From the IMG/VR virus record IMGVR_UViG_3300028666_000028, positions 20,868-84,867 of that record: a stretch of 64,000 bases of DNA; one strand, 5' to 3'. Under the pieces are notes generated by a model. It ran no database searches. It was not told where the DNA came from and saw nothing but the letters and a program-made list of their open reading frames with translations. Made by a program: the position numbers and the translations under genes. Each line of letters begins with the position of its first letter. Positions within the stretch are counted from its first letter, which is position 1. Origin of the DNA: a virus. Taxonomy: Duplodnaviria > Heunggongvirae > Uroviricota > Caudoviricetes. Positions 63,403-64,000 of the stretch are shown piece after piece.

Positions 63403-63501
63403 TCACAAAATTCTTATGTTGTCAATTACTTCATCTATAGTTAAATGATCATATCCACTGAAAACGTATATATAACCCATTAATTTCATTAGTTCATTCA
63501 T
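63403..63501 (-). CDS. Tiny ORF (32 aa), MNEL family N-terminus
   Basis: MNELMKLMGYIYVFSGYDHL... The ATG lies 5 nt upstream of the helicase TGA. This is the same ATGAATGA junction as at 39812-39819. Confidence 0.3.
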   Translation of the reverse strand: MNELMKLMGYIYVFSGYDHLTIDEVIDNIRIL

Positions 63502-64000
63502 AATAGTTTACTTTACCAGCAAACTGTTTTTCATAAGTCTCTACACGTAAATTTATATGTCTAGACAAGTACTTGCAATACTGAAAGTTAAAATCCCATA
63601 CATAAGCTATCTTTTTACCAGGATACAATCTGACTGCTCTGCCTACAGCTTGAGTCTTGGAGATTTCAGACTTACCTCCAGTTGACATAATCAAATGATC
63701 AGTGGATCGAATGTCACATCCTTCACCTAATATCATCGAAGCTAATAGAATACGAATCTTCTTATCATTGAATCCTTCAATGGCATCAGCTACTTCTTGC
63801 TTAGAGTTATCACCAGTTACATAAGTACATGATATTCCTTGTTCTTTAAAGTATTCATTGATAAGATGACCGCATCCTTCTTTACGTTCAACGAGTATAA
63901 GTATTTGATCTTTATCAGATATTCTATTCTGTACAATATCTGTAATAGATTCAAGTAACTCTAATCCTCCATAATTACTTTTATATTCAGTCTGATAGTT
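63494..64000 (-). CDS. SF2 helicase, C-terminal part (5' end outside the window)
   Basis: Motif VI is QAVGRAVR. The ORF is open to the window edge. Upstream region shows a helicase C-domain-like pattern. Confidence 0.6.
   Translation of the reverse strand, partial: NYQTEYKSNYGGLELLESITDIVQNRISDKDQILILVERKEGCGHLINEYFKEQGISCTYVTGDNSKQEVADAIEGFNDKKIRILLASMILGEGCDIRSTDHLIMSTGGKSEISKTQAVGRAVRLYPGKKIAYVWDFNFQYCKYLSRHINLRVETYEKQFAGKVNYYE

Overview
This 64 kb window looks like part of a virulent tailed dsDNA phage genome. GC content is roughly 35%, genes use Shine-Dalgarno-type ribosome binding sites, and many genes are translationally coupled through TAATG or ATGA stop/start overlaps.

Two convergently transcribed arms meet at about 39.63 kb.

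**Plus arm (1..39631), packaging, virion and lysis module:**
- C-terminal fragment of the terminase large subunit, then a portal candidate.
- An unusual ~5.7 kb block of head-associated proteins that share a short motif.
- A scaffold-like protein, a major capsid candidate and a strong intrinsic terminator.
- A protein with a clear ice-binding-like (DUF3494) domain.
- A mosaic tail-fibre cluster and a 1481-aa repeat-rich tail protein.
- Four large Gln/Asn/Ala-rich low-complexity proteins, probably internal or ejection proteins.
- An atypical lysis region: a secreted trypsin-like protease, a tandem family of small lysine-rich proteins, Gly/Ala- and Gln/Pro-rich proteins, and a GH24 endolysin.

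**Minus arm (39628..64000), replication and auxiliary module:**
- Family B DNA polymerase, DnaB-type primase-helicase and a tRNA with anticodon CAT.
- DEDD exonuclease, HD 5'-nucleotidase, ATP-dependent ligase, SbcC/SbcD, a RecA-superfamily ATPase, a RuvC-like resolvase and a classic AAA ATPase.
- A translationally coupled SPFH/prohibitin operon.
- Peptide deformylase, a metallophosphatase, a HAD hydrolase, a GNAT acetyltransferase, a lipoprotein and a PQ-loop membrane protein.

Four freestanding homing-type endonucleases interrupt the gene order (EndoVII-like, GIY-YIG and two HNH). There is no integrase or repressor and no CRISPR array.

**Most notable signals:**
1. A conserved intergenic decamer, TTAATAAGTA, repeated at least 12 times in the structural arm.
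2. A dispersed family of at least 6 tiny ORFs starting MNEL.K..GY.Y at gene junctions.
3. The SPFH operon.
4. The lysine-rich small-protein array next to the endolysin.
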